From NCBI GenBank assembly GCA_951406725.2, contig OX597814.1, positions 73,532,001 through 73,596,000 on the forward strand: 64,000 bases of DNA, read 5' to 3'. The notes below the pieces were generated by a model that made no database searches, was not told the origin of the DNA, and saw nothing but the letters and a program-made list of their open reading frames with translations. Made by a program: the position numbers and the translations under genes. The stretch is from Octopus vulgaris. Lineage: Eukaryota. Each line of letters begins with the position of its first letter. Positions within the stretch are counted from its first letter, which is position 1. Below, piece by piece: positions 1 to 13,785 of this stretch.

Positions 1-25
1 TAGTGAGTCACCCTGGAAAATGCCA

Positions 26-173
<148 letters not shown>

Positions 174-199
174 TAGTTAGTTAGTTAGTTAGTAAGTTA

Positions 200-1325
200 G
201 TTAGTAGTCTTATTTTTTATCACGGGCTTTCACTGTACTACTGAGCGCAGCTCTGTGAGCCTTGGGTCTGTGCTGTGGTTTGTTGTGATGCTCTTACTTT
301 TACTGTATTGAATGTGATTTGCGTAGGAAGCGTGCGTGTTTAGTACTATTTTCTGCATGTTATATATACTATATATATTAGTCCTAGTGTTTTTGTTATG
401 TATTTGTCTGGATAAATTTTTATCATACCTAATGCACCTACTATGATAGAAATTGTTTCTGTTTTTAGATTCCACATTCGAGTTACCTCTATTTCCAGAT
501 CTTTGTATTTTGAAAGTTTCTCCGTTTCTTTTAGAGAAAAATTGTCATCGATTAGAAAGCATTTTTTTCTTGGTGATCTCTGACAACTATATCCGACATT
601 GGCCTTAATTTCTCTATCTGTGTGTATTAGTATATCCCAGAGTATGGTTGCTTTCTCATTTTCTGTGACCTTTTCTGATGTGTACCTATACCACTTTTTC
701 CTGTTATTATTTCATAGTGTTGGCATAGTTTCCAGTGTATATCGGTCCCGACTCTGTCGTGTCTGTGATTGGGTCTGTACTAGGGCAACCAGGGACAATA
801 TGATTCATTATTTCTTTCCATCTCCAAATATTCTTTATATATTGCATTTCTTCTCATTACATGTTTCTGGTAATTTATGATGGGAACGTTTTGATCTGCT
901 GCAATTAAAAATCCTTCAGTCTTTGCTTTGAGTCCTGAGCTTCTCAGCCATTCCTGAGATTTTGCTTTGTCTATTTCTTTTCTGTTTAGTTTAACCTAAT
1001 ATCTGACATGAAGGGGCTTTTTCTTGCCATCGTTTTATTATGATCCGTTGCTGTTCCTGTTTTGGCTTGGATTTCTGTTGTTTTACAGCTTTTGTTGTTT
1101 CTTCTTTTTCTTCATAGTTGTTAGGGGACTATGACTTCTTTTTTGTATTTGTCAGCTTCCTTAAAAACTGAAAACAGTCTTTTTTGTTCGAGTTTTGAGG
1201 CTATTTTAATTAGTTTTCTTTGCTTCTGATGTAGGTATTTCTGTAGTCCTATGGTGGTTATTTTGTAATAGTTTTCTAGCTGTGTAAGGACTCAAGCACC
1301 TTCGATACATTGTATATATAACCTT
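200..1325 (-). mobile_element. 3' fragment of RLE-type (R4/Dong-like) non-LTR retrotransposon, decayed
   Basis: Minus strand ~570-670 reads VTENEKATILWDILIHTDREIKANV.DIVVRDH (PD-(D/E)xK restriction-like endonuclease region); frameshifts and stops; bounded by microsatellites. Confidence 0.85.
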
Positions 1326-1328
1326 TAC

Positions 1329-1461
1329 CTTCTTCTTCTTCTTCTTCTTCTTCTTCTTCTTCTTCTTCTTCTTCTTCTTCTTCTTCTTCTTCTTCTTCTT
1401 CTTTCTTCTTCTCCTCCTCCTCCTCCTCCTCCTCCTCATTATTATTATTATTATTATTATT

Positions 1462-1554
<93 letters not shown>
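1329..1554. repeat. Compound (CTT)n-(CCT)n-(ATT)n-(GTT)n microsatellite
   Basis: Direct sequence. Confidence 0.95.
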
Positions 1555-1556
<2 letters not shown>

Positions 1557-1745
1557 AGCAGCGAGTTGAGAGAACCGTTAGCACAAAGCCAGCATTTTCG
1601 GGGGAGAGGGCTTGTTGATTACATCAAACCCAGTACTCAACTGGTACTTATTCTATTGAGCCGAAATGCTGAACGGTATAGTCAACCTCGGCGGAATTTG
1701 AACTCAGAAAGTTTAAACGGACGAAAGGCCACTAAATATTTTGTT
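1557..1745. mobile_element. Rearranged fragments of tRNA-derived SINE family A
   Basis: Plus-strand head (gcgagttgagagaaccgttagcac) followed by reverse complement of the SINE core (gtcaacctcggcggaatttgaactcagaa) seen at 7905. Confidence 0.7.
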
Positions 1746-1874
1746 CGGCGTACAGACATTCAAATGCAAATGACTGAAACCTGCAGGAAAAGATGTGAAG
1801 GCCACTAAATATTTTGTTCGGCGTACAGACATTCAAATGCAAATGACTGAAACCTGCAGGAAAAGATGTGAAGG
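1725..1874. repeat. Near-perfect 73-bp tandem duplication
   Basis: aaggccactaaatattttgttcggcg...aaagatgtg occurs twice (1725 and 1798). Confidence 0.9.
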
Positions 1875-1899
1875 TCACTGAATTCTTGTCACCGTATCT

Positions 1900-4060
1900 T
1901 TATATAGCGAACTGAATTCATTGAACAGGTGGCCCTGCTTCCACGATGTTCACCACTGCCTATTCTGAATATGGCCATATTTGACAAGAAGGAAGAAAGG
2001 GAGAAGGACATTTTCCCTTATTTCTCTGAGAGGACAGGTGTTCCGTCCTTTCAGCTATTTGTAACTGTACAAGCAGATCTTTATAAATTATTTTATTAAT
2101 AGTGCCCTGGAAATCTTCCATTTCCTTGAGACATTCTGTTTTCAATGTCGCAGGCTTCGAGTCGTTCGCATTCCAGGTCTTCCGAGATGGGTGAGTTGCT
2201 GTGTTGTTTTGGAAAGGGCTGGATCTTGGAATACGGATTACTAAATACTGAAGATAAATCGAACTTTTTTTGGGCGTGCCCGGTAGTGAAGCTCAAACAT
2301 TCACACAGGAACGGGTGGCCAGTTTTATTTTTCAGCAAGCTAAAGATGTGTCGCTCTTTAGTGCTAGTGATTGATTGGAACAGTATCTTGAATGTACAAA
2401 GGGGCTGTGGTGGAGTTGGCCGATAGGGGAGGTGAGTGTAAAAGTCTCGCAAACTTGCTCAGACGTTTTCAACTGTCAATAGACTGATCATAGTACCCGA
2501 AAACAAACAATACTGGATCATCTATATCGTATCTTAATAGATTTTAATGTAAGCCAATAGAAGGAATAGTATAAGTTGTTCACAATGTAAAGTTGTCCGA
2601 TACAAAGACAACAAATTTGAGATATGTACGGTCGATCTTGGTAGACTTCATTGACAGAGACTTACTTACTAGAAGGTGAATGCTTCTTTCCTGGTCCACC
2701 AAGCTTACAGAGACCGGTTTAGCAAATTAGTCAAGCAGGCGGTTATGGGAGTCAATCGTTAACAACAATTGGTGGTTAGCCCTGAAAAAGGGTATTGAAT
2801 AAGAGTTGATAAGGTGCAGTAAGGAAGTAGTAGTACAGAAGTTTAACGGGAGGGGGATCTAATTAGGAATGTAGAAGAAGCACTAAGGAAATGTATCGTG
2901 ACTGACGTGCTCGAAGGGAACCCTTGACAAATATTTCAACGCGAAGCATGAAGGTTGCAATATCAAAGTTGGGGAGTGTGGTCTAAGACACGAGGAAACG
3001 AAAACCGTTCTTGTGGTCCTGATTGAGGCATAACGAGGCGGCAAAGTCACATTACAGTCTTTGATGGGCCGGGATGGACGTGTGGTGCTCGATCTCAAGC
3101 AGATGTACGTGGCTTTTCAGTGGCGTTTTGCTCAACTGCTTGGGGTACAGCGTCGGTGACGTAGGTAGATTTTACTACGTTCCTCCATACCGTGCCACGG
3201 CTCTCGGTATGGTCAATTTAGATCAAACGAAATCTTTCAGTAGGGTCGGCCGTCAATACTTATTGACTGTTTTCAAGGCAACTAGTTTTGAGCCCATCTT
3301 CAGAAGCAATGTACACTGACATTTCCTTGGTGGTTAAAGTAAATGGCTATCTAATCGGAACTGTTTAGTATCATGTGTTCACTACGTCATGGATACCCAC
3401 TCCCTTCTCTTTCTGTACGTGCTGACTCCGGAGTCACAGCTATAGAAGTTGGTGACTTCGAAGGTCATCCCTTGCGAACTAGAATGCGGAAGATCCGTGT
3501 TTGCATATACGGACTACGTCACTGTAATATTGTCACTTTATAAAAACACTGAGTTAGCATTGCGCTAAAAGAGTACGAGGCCATGACTGAAGCAAAAATT
3601 AAATAAAAGCAAAAATTAAATAAAATTAAATAAAAGCTGGACGAAAGGAAAACTGCTCGGTGTTTGATTTGGTTCAGACTCCCAATTTGACAAATATTGG
3701 GAAGAGTCTCACCCAGAGGAAAACGACCCAGAAGGTTCGGATGGAGGTAATAAATGACATCACATCCGTATTCTACTACTGCCTGACTGTTGTGCATTGT
3801 TCTGGTTCATGGCTGACCAGAATGGAACGCTTACATTTACGCTTACTGGAGGTGGGGTACCTTTGTTAGACACGCTTTTTCACAACTTATTCGTTTGGTA
3901 GAGCTACGGTCGTGGATGAGACATAGACAGAGCTATGGCGCCTCGTATGTAGAGTTTCGTCAGGCAGTCACGTCCCTCCACCGTTCGGACTGTATAATCA
4001 GTGGATATTTTAACTATAGTGTTCTACAGGGGACTCGTAAGAAGACTGCAACATAAGAAT
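1900..4060 (+). mobile_element. Decayed L1/Tx1-clade LINE ORF2 (APE endonuclease + RT)
   Basis: Motif remnants in order: SLVLVIDWNSIL (GDWN), WKLN-like ~2670, NNWWLALKK, VNLDQTKSFSRV (DQxKAFDRV), SLRHGYPL (QGCPLSP), AYTDYVTV (YADD), YYCLTVVHC; many disruptions. Confidence 0.85.
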
Positions 4061-4069
4061 TTTGACCAC

Positions 4070-4280
4070 ATGGGAGCTTCTATGTGGTTGCTCAACCTGA
4101 TAGAAGTAGCAATTAAATCTCTCTCAAAGTGTATCCTACCGTCTTAAAGAAGGAAAGAATACATTAGAAATGTAGTTCCATATACTCTTAAAAGGGTGAA
4201 GTGATTATAATTGGAATGCTTTTCATCATACTTCTGCTCGATTAGGACTGGTGTGGAAATAAACATCAGCAACGACAACT
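4070..4280 (+). mobile_element. Short dispersed repeat family B (unclassified); related copies at ~10250-10430, ~27920-28130, ~46565-46745
   Basis: Shared motifs ctagaaa(t)agca..aaat.tc.ctc, tgtagtcctagatac and ttgg aatgc ttttgat.atagg, seen by eye. Confidence 0.6.
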
Positions 4281-4699
4281 GCAGTAAGAAAAGGAAAGAA
4301 ATGAGCTATATTTGATGAATGATCAATTTTGCTAACTATCGTTTGCTACTAAGCTATTCCTTCATTATCGCATTGTTTCTTTTACTTTATGAGGTTCAAG
4401 ATAATTTTGAGCTGGTGGTGGGTGGACTTGGAAGAGTGAACCAGTCCCAATATATTATGGATACTTATTGACTAAACACCCATGTAAGTGAAAGTTAAAT
4501 GTAAAAGATCGAAAGTATGTGTTCAATTAGATGTTTTTCTATCCGAAGTATATTTATCATAACTTTCTTTAGTTTGACTGGCGATTTACTTTAATATTTC
4601 ATGAACTGAAAGTGTTGATATACTTTCAAATAGCTTCAGCTGAGCTATCACTATAATCGTTCATATTCGTCATTTTATGGTTTTGAAAATTTATATGAA

Positions 4700-5144
4700 A
4701 CTAGCAGTATCGCCCGGCGTTGCTCGGGTTTGTAAGGGAAATAACTATATAAGCATTTTTAGAGAGTTACTTCCCTTATAGATGCCAATTCGGGCTTTCT
4801 TAGCCATTTCTGTTTTGGTGTCTTCAAGCCATGAAGTCGTTGTTCTAAAGGAACGCTGGTCTCCTTGACAACGCTTTACGACGTTGATTTCCTTACACTC
4901 CCTTCCCCACAGCTTCACGAGGGAGGGAAGAAGGGGGAGAAGCAAACAGGTGCAGGTGTGACTCCGCCGCCATCGACACACGAAAAGTTATGCATTAAAG
5001 TGGAATAAAAAATGATGTTAAATTATTTTTAAAATCGTAGACTCATCATAGACGCGTGCTAATACTCAGACGGGCTCGATATGAATCACGACTATAAGAT
5101 ACCCGAATTTGGTTAAACTGCACCGCAGTTTTATATATATAGAT
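4700..5144 (+). mobile_element. Non-autonomous Helentron-associated/DINE-like element
   Basis: Starts ACTAGC...CCCGGCGTTGCTCGGG (short hairpin) and ends TTTTATATATATAGAT, termini typical of HINE/DINE-like elements. Confidence 0.65.
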
Positions 5145-7177
5145 TAGCCGCTATCATTTCAAGTATACATTCAATTATGTCATGTCAACCCTCTTTAATC
5201 ATCTTACTGAAGATTTTATGTTTCTATGAACTTAGTTATTGGCAGGTTATTAGACAAATAATCATATCCGTGTTACTTCATCAAGGCGTTTTCCGCTTGA
5301 GAATGTCTGAGCAACGGTCACGGACAAATTAGAAATTTCTAAAGATGTCAGTAGAGAATTTCTTTTCTGCATTTACTTGTTTCTGTTGCTAACATATCCG
5401 GCTTTCATAAAGCAACAAAAAGAATGTTTAAACATAACTTTATTGTTCTAGAGAAAACATGCTAATAACTAGCCAACCAATCATATTATGAATTTAATAT
5501 CTAAGAAGGAACAAAAGGAACATTCTGACATATTTTAAAGAATAAATAACTTGGAAGAAGAATCTTTCTGCTTTTTAATTTACCAAGACATATTTAACAT
5601 TTCTTAGAGATGATTGGCTGACATATAACCTATCACAGATTATATATTTACAAAAGAAACATATCCATATCTACATAAGACCCTAACAAAGGATATCCTT
5701 TACAACAATATGAAATATTTGTTTGCTTTGAATTCACAATAATAAAACAGTTATTTAGATTTATCTGGAAAGTGTTATTTCTAACTGACCAGAAAGTAGA
5801 GCGGTAGAAAGCAGATTGCTGGATTACATTCCCTATGTTATGTAGTTACATTCTTTTACGTTGTGAGTTCAAAACCAGCCATTGTAGATTTTGTTTTTCA
5901 TCATAGTACCAGATATGTACTTGGGTTATGTTACTAAATCTTGCCCATTTCAGTTAAGAAGAGCATCCGCCGGACAGATTTGGTTAGATATATTTTCAGA
6001 TTTGAGTAAGGCTTTTTTAGTGCAAGACTAGAATTTACCCATACCGACAAGTCTCTTATTCTTACACTACTGATGTCTAAAGGAATGATTGCCGCATTAG
6101 AACCAATAGAGTTTGGCAGCAGTGTTGTCACAATGTCAGACTATAAAGAGCCTGAATGGATATCGCAAACCTCCACTGGTTTCAATAATCTACAGTAATC
6201 GACTGACACTTTTTGACTTAGTTTTCCAGAAGTTAATAAGATAAGAATAGAGTATAACATGGTCGACTAAATTGATTATATCGTTCCCTTATCAGTTAGT
6301 CTATTATTGTCCTTAGATGGGTAAGTGCGGCAAAATTGACAGGGAAAATGGTTGGAATCTAAAGATGTCTTTCATATTGCTGTAGTGATTATATGACACA
6401 TAATTTGGCCTTCGAGATGCATCACTCAATGGAATATTAAGGCTATATTACTTACATGAGATGTGTATTTTAATATGAGAAACCATTATTTTAGAAGTGA
6501 CAAAGTGGAAGAAATGGTATAATATCAATAACTTGTTTGAAAGTTTTCCGTAAAGAAATTTATGAATGGAGGTGTATATTCGTCCCCCGTAGAATTAAAC
6601 ATGATCAAAACAATCAAATATATAAGAAGTAATGTCGCACAAATCACGAAAAATCTTGAAAAGATGCAATGTTTTTGGCATTCGTTATATTTCATCACAT
6701 CATTAAAAAGTGTGAAATTTAAGATTATTGATTTTGGTAATCCAGGAAAACCAAGTTATTTTTTTATTTCTTGTTATTGTTTCTTTCATTGTTAACAATG
6801 CCTCTTCCACAAAGCTGTTCCATTACAATCAGCACTGAGTTATATAATTGAAGCAACTGCTGAGGTTTCTTTTCAATGACACTGACTCGTGGCATAACAA
6901 CCACGTCTTCAATTGTGTTATTACAACTACCGCCAGGCTGTTTCATTACAATCATCACCTAGGTGCGACTTCACAAACAATTTTAAGATCTTATTACAAT
7001 TAGCATTGAGTTACTTTATTTCAACAACTTGGCAGTATGATTACAACCAACGTTGATCTATATCATTCCAAATACGACTAAATGATTTTTATACAATCGG
7101 CACTGAGCTTCAAATGTACTCGTAGATACAGTATGGCAGGGGAAATGGGATTGTGACAATTAGAATGTCTTTGATAA

Positions 7178-8617
7178 TAGGTCCACTTCATCAAGGGACC
7201 AACAACAACATACGTAGTTACAGATCATTGTTTCAATAGTCAGAAACACAGTATAAAGTTAACAAGTATTTCATTTCTGAGTACTGAAATACCCAATTCT
7301 ATCGCTACGAGCTTAGTTGCATTTCATCTATCTGTAAAATTCTGCCGAAGTCTACTTAGCCTTTCATCCCTTTGGTGCCAGTTGAAAACTGGGGTCGATT
7401 TTATTGACTTATCCCCTCTCCGAAATTGCTGGCATTGTGCAAAAATTTGGAACCAATAACATTTTGGTAATGGAAATATGTTCTTTTTGGCTAGATACGG
7501 CATCTCATAATTATTTTCTTTCTTAGTAAAGGGCATTGGTTAAGAGATGTGAAATCGATTCAACCTGGAATGAAAATAATTTTCCCTTTTTGTTTTATTT
7601 TTCTATTCCTTTGTTTCTTTGTAATTAAATGTTATAATTCAAAATGAGTTGGTTTTAAAAAACAAAATAGTTTAGGTTTCGTACTGACCTACAACGACGT
7701 GCATTTATTTCCGAGACCCTGTTGAGTTGAGGCTGACTGGTTATGATGCGACTGCAATTGATGCGAACTAAGAACCTACCAATTAATAACCTTAGTACAT
7801 TGTCAATTCGGTCATTTCACAAAGCAAAATGGCTTATAAATCTGAAAGAATGCAAAAGCAGAGTAAACATTCAGTTTTATATATTATTATTCACAAGAAG
7901 TGAAGGCGGCGAGTTGGCAGAAACGATAGCACGCGGACGAAATGCTTTGCGGTATTTCGTCTGCCACCACGTTCTGAGTTCAAATTCCGCCGAGGTCGAC
8001 CTTGCCTTTCATTCTTTCGGGGTCGATTAAATAAGTACCAGTTACGCACTAGGGTCGATATAATCGACTTAACCCGTTTGTCTGGCCTTGTTTGTCCTCT
8101 CTGTGTTTAGTGTGGGTAGTAAAGAAATAAGTATTTCGTCTATTTCGTCTTCCGTTACGATCTGAGTTCAAATTCCGCCGAAGTCGACTTTACCTTTCGG
8201 GGTCGATAAATTAAGCACCAGTTGAGTTCTGGGGTCGATGTAATCAACTATCCCCACCCCCAAATTTCAGACCTTGTGCTTATAGTAGAAATAATTATTT
8301 ACAAGAAGTAAATAAAGCTATTGGAGTTTCCTAATAATATCATTAATTAATAACTATCTTTACGATTAATCAAGCCAAATTCTATATATGTTGACACTGA
8401 ATATTATTATTAACGAAAGAGTCACCGTTCATCTCTAGTCGACTTTGGTGTATTGATGAAAGTGTCAAAGGTTGTAGCAATGGAGTTGGGTAAAATTCTT
8501 CAGTACTCAGAAATGAAATACTTGTTTACTCTATACAATGTTTCTGACAATTGAAACTGATCTGTAACTACGTATGTTGTTGTTGGTCCCTAGGTAAGCT
8601 TTGATGAAATGGACCTA
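7178..8617. repeat. Inverted duplication, ~130-145 bp arms (7178-7309 / 8472-8617)
   Basis: gggaccaacaacaacatacgtagttacagatca...tatttcatttctgagtactgaa is reverse-complemented at 8499-8590. Confidence 0.85.
7905..8292 (+). mobile_element. tRNA-derived SINE family A, dimeric core
   Basis: A-box-like GGCGAGTTGGCAG, B-box-like GAGTTCAAATTCC, core ccgaggtcgac...ggggtcgat present twice; many copies in window. Confidence 0.85.
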
Positions 8618-9595
8618 AATGGTTGTACTTAAAGTCAATTAAGTTTGTTACTTATACTTGTTAAATATATTTCTGTAAATATATATTCTATTTCCTCTCC
8701 CCCAATATTTCTGAAGACTTGTGGTTAATCAAAACTAATCAATATTTACTCATTATTAACGCGATGAATTTGGCTTCGACTTAAGAGAATTGTATTAATA
8801 TTGCAGGGTATTTTGCGGATGACACCTTATTTGCAAGTGAGGAAAATTGCTAAAAGTTAAATACCGTCAAACAAGGACTTATGGTTGCGATTTTGTTCTC
8901 GATTACAGTTACTTCAGTTTGCCAAATTAAGAGAAAGCACAATGTTTTTACGCACGTGTACTATCTGTATATAGGTTACGGGAATATGTGTTAGATACGT
9001 ATGTATTATTAATGAGCTATTTCTCAGCTATGTCTGACAACAATAAATTACATTTTCCATGGGACATTAGATAAAATAAATATGAATAATTGAAACTGTA
9101 GAATATTAAATTTGATATGAGTTTACTGAAATTACTATGCGATCTGTACAATTCTACTCAAGATGTATTAGTTAAAAAACAGAAGACAAGTGTATAAGTA
9201 CCAGCTTCCTTTTGCTAACAGAATTAGTGCAAATTATAATCATTTAAAAGGCGACTACAAATGATTGTTGGTATTAACTGGCCAACCTCTTTTGCCTCCT
9301 TATGGCACACTAAGGTCCCAAAACATAAATTAATTACTTGGTTTCTTCTTTGCTTTATAGATGTTTATTTAACTGAATGTAGAACGTAAAATATTTCCTG
9401 CTACTTGAGACGAAGCAGCCTGTTTGGCCCAAGTGTTTAAGTTTATATAAAATAGATTACGCTGACATTCCAGATATTGACAAAGTAATAAGTTTTCTAG
9501 TGTAATTTAATAGAATTCTGTTTACAAAACAATTTATTTACAAGATAGCAAGTATCATCGTTCATAATAAAAGTTAATATTATTTCATTACTCAA

Positions 9596-9812
9596 GGCGG
9601 CGAGCTGGAAGAATAGTTACCGCGCCAAGTAAAATGCTTAGCGGCATTTCCTCCTTCTTTACGTTTTGATATCAAATCCCTCCAACGTCGACTTTGTTTT
9701 TCATATCTTTTGGAGATTGACAAAATTAGAACCAGTTGATCACTAGGATCGATGTAATCGACTTAACCTTTCCCTCAGAATTCCTGGTCTTGTGCCAAAA
9801 TTTGAAACTAAT
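9596..9812 (+). mobile_element. SINE family A copy
   Basis: ggcggcgagctggaagaatagttac... similar to 7905. Confidence 0.8.
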
Positions 9813-12149
9813 ACTATTCCATAACATTTCGACGGTAGATTTTTCGAATTATCAGATCGTTGGATACAATGATACACAGTTATTATTGTTCCTCCGTTTT
9901 GAGTTCAGATCGCACCGAGAGCAGTCCTTTGGCTGTTTTTTTCTTCTTTCCGGAGTTGGATAACAGCCGAATAATGTAGTTTTCATTTTAATTTTATTCA
10001 AGTGATAAGATCGAGCTAAGGCATTTCTATAGTCGGATTTGATTTCTGCTTGAAGCTAATTATTCCACATACGTAAGTAAAAAGGAAGAGATAAATGTAA
10101 TTTGCCATTCCCTCTTTCAAAAAATTCAGGGTTTGGAAAATCCAGAGATAACATTTTCTATTATTATGTTACCAATTTAGAATGTGGTGTCTGATGTAAG
10201 ATGTTTTCGTATTAATCTCAAAATATTCACAACTGATGTGAACTTTGATAGCACGATATGCTAGAAATGTAAGTAAAATTTTCCCTCGAATCACTCTCTA
10301 CTGTTACATTAGATAATGTAGTCCTAGATACACAATATCTGAAAAGAAGATGGGATCCTCACGATTGGAATACTTTTGATAATAGGTATGATGGATCAGG
10401 GTTGATACGGAGCTAAGTAATAGCACCCAAAATTGATGTAAAATAAAACATCCGATTTATATTATAAATTAATGGTTGGTAATGACATATGAGTTACTTT
10501 TTACATACAATTCGGACTTATATAACTTTAAAAATGATTTAGATAGTTTTTTATGCACTATGCTTTAAATTCATTATCATCACCTAAACTGCAAATGGCG
10601 TTTCATTTATTATCTAAGAATTCAGTAAATTTACACATTTACTTAGAGATTCTTCTATCATCCCTTCGGCATGTATTAATAAAGTCTATATTTTGTTAAG
10701 GAAGTCATAATAAAGACCGAAGTTGTCAGTTTTATTTGCTGAAATAAAGAGCTGTATACATTGATGCTCATTGTTGTTCTTTGCATGCTTGTTGTTGTTG
10801 TTGTTTCGATCGAGACTTTTACATACCTTTTTATTTGTGATATTTTCCTCAGTATTGTTGTTATCGACATTTCTATAATTGTTTATACATTCCCTGTTTA
10901 CAGGTAAAATTGGGAAATTAGTATTGTATTGGTTGCACGAATAGCTAACTGCTTCATGGATTTCAGAAGCCATATTGTCTTTTTGCCACATTCATGAAAC
11001 TCACTATATATATTTAAAAAAAACCCCAGAAAAATAACCACCAGCATTCGTCCCGAAGGGACAACAATTTTACAAAGCGGACTCATTTAAGATAATGCTG
11101 GTTGGCTTGATAACAAAATGGTACAACAAAAAACAAAATTACATTCTACAAAACAACAAAGTTCAATAACAATTTACGTGCTCCAAAACGATGCTGTTCA
11201 TTTGCAAATACAGCAACAACAACAACAACAGCAACAATAATAAGATGAAAAAGGTAATAAGATAATAATAAAAAGATGAAAAGTCCCAGCTAAATCTCAA
11301 ATCCAAAATGGAAACAAAACATAAATAAAATTAAGAAACAAAAGGAAGACTTATCCCTACTCTGTGGATTAGAGAAAGAGGGATTAAACATGAAAAATAT
11401 AAAGAAGACTTATATACCAAAACAATTCAACATAAAAAATATCGAAAATACTTGGGAGGTAAAAGAAAAAATTAGCAGGGCTTAGGATCAAAAACGTGCC
11501 GCATATAGCCGTACGAAAAAAGTGAACGCTTCTCCCAAGAAAACAGAGAATCTAAAATAAACTCGAACAGATTTTACAGAAAGTTAAACAAGAGGAAAAA
11601 AACCCTAAATAAATAACATGCCAACAACATCAGCGATTCAGTCATACTGAGGAAAAATATGGAGTAAACAAGAACAACACAGCAAAAATGCTCAATGGAT
11701 AAATAGGAAAAGGAAAGGAAGAGCAAAATAGCACCACGGGTATGTCCCACCGTCACAAGCCAAAAGATCACGGAAACACTGAGGACTACCAGTAACTAGA
11801 AAACTCCCGGGATAGACACAATTAGAGTTACTGCTAGGGATTCGCAATATAAATGAGAGAGACTATTCAGGTAGGGAGTGTCCTCGGGTTCAATTCACTA
11901 ACAGGCACTCCTTTACTCAAGGTCTGAAGCGTTTCGGTTTTTCATTCCATCAAACACTGCTGGTAACTCATTATACCATTTAATAAAACACACGTAGACG
12001 CTTTCATAATTTCAACATAACTTTCCTTACTTATTTATGTATAACTACACAGATATAAACATTTTTATAGCTTTATCTTTGCTCACATTTTATTACATAG
12101 TTGACATAGGAAGGTTACTACCCTTGCTCGCCAAAAGAAAGCACGCGTT

Positions 12150-12365
12150 CTCTGAAGATAAAGAATTCCTTTGACATTCATAGCTAGCGTATATACACCA
12201 TACAAACACACATTAAAAGCCATTCGATATATTGCTACAAACCAGCGATTGACGGTCAATGAAAAAATGCATAGAAAACAGTATCATCCCCCTACACAAA
12301 CCACTCCCACAGTTTTCTATGCCTATTGAGCTTATCTCGAACAACAACACTCACTTTTAACAGCG
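12150..12365 (+). mobile_element. Possible highly decayed Penelope-like RT remnant
   Basis: Fragments resembling HTLKAIRY and LIELI..NN..TFN of PLE RT; weak. Confidence 0.3.
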
Positions 12366-13599
12366 CTGTTAAGTCAAAGATTTTTGGAAATAATCTATAA
12401 TCCAAAAATGAGATTTAAAAAAAAAGAGAAAAAAAAAACGAAGAATTATTTTCATGCTCTTTTGCATACCTGTTGTATGCACTCCATTTGTTTTGAACAG
12501 TATTGTTTTTACATGAATGCAAAATTTTGATGTGGACGTATTATTTTGACTGTGTAACTCTCTTCATTAATATTGTGTGTCGTATCATGTTCAATAAACG
12601 ACAGTGTTTTCATGCCGCTGAAACATTGCTTTGTTTTTCATTTCTCTTCTTCTTCATAATTGCATTGTCTTTGAAGCTAATTTTTCACTCTCTTGCTTGG
12701 TAATATGAGAAATTTGCGAAAAACGGTCGATGCCATCAGAAAAGAAGTTGTAGTTCTCTTTTATTTCAACCTATATTACTAAGGAAACCACTAACAAACT
12801 GTTATATATTTATAAATAGATAACCTTTTTCTTCCTTCAATATTTTTTGTCTTCATTTCACCCCTGTGTTTTACCTATTTACTTGCTTCTTGAGGAAGTA
12901 TTTGAAGCGTGTATTTGTGTGTGCTCTCATCTATTTAGTAACGTAATTATGTATTTATGTAAAGAAACTAATATTCTCTTTTTACTCACGTCCCATTGAG
13001 AGCAGCTCCTGCCGAGACAGATGTGTTCATGCACGCTAATGTAGTTTAACCGATTAATTGTGCCATCCTGTTTTTTTTCTTTAATGTTGATAAGCAGAAA
13101 CGTATTCTTCCACCCAGAGTACAAAGTCCGGACTAAACCAGGTTAGGGATTAACTTCTGTAAATGTATTACATTTTTCTCAGCATGATAATGATGTAATC
13201 TAACTGCAAGTGTCTATATACACTGGCGTCTGTGGATCACTAGACAAACCCGACAAACTGCTTCAATTTAATAAATTAAGGATATATCTAACGTTGGTAA
13301 GGGTGCTTTGTAGCTTCTATATTAAACCAAATATAACTTGGTGTTATTTTTTTGGAAAACGTTATCTTATTTACCTATGCATTGATGAATAAATGGATGT
13401 TCATAAGCATGTACAATGTGTATCTCTTTAATAGCACAAAGAAATATATGGAAGAGTGCATAAGCCATCTGCATTAAGTTCTGTTGATCAATGTTTTGTT
13501 TGCAGCTTTTTGTTCGCGACCATTCTGTCATTCATTCGTTTTGTAAGTTATAAATGTAAAATATATAACAATTTATACCACCAACAATAAATATCCAAC

Positions 13600-13785
13600 A
13601 TAAATACAAGGTCGAACTGGAGAATGGTTTAGTCGATTAAATTGGCTCCTGCATTTGAGTGGTATCTTTATATCGACCTCAAAAAGACGAAAAGTGAAGT
13701 TGACCTCGGCGGGATTTGAACACAGATCGTAAAAAGTTGGGGGAATGCACTACATCTGTCTAGTGCTCTAACGCTCCCACCAATC
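13600..13785 (-). mobile_element. SINE family A copy (diverged)
   Basis: gttgacctcggcgggatttgaacacaga is the reverse complement of the core. Confidence 0.7.

Noticed and set aside
1725-1874. Direct repeats (also the 41-bp pair at ~14940-15020 and loose repeats at ~6820-7110) as a CRISPR-like array
   Set aside because: Only two or few units, no unique spacers, eukaryotic context
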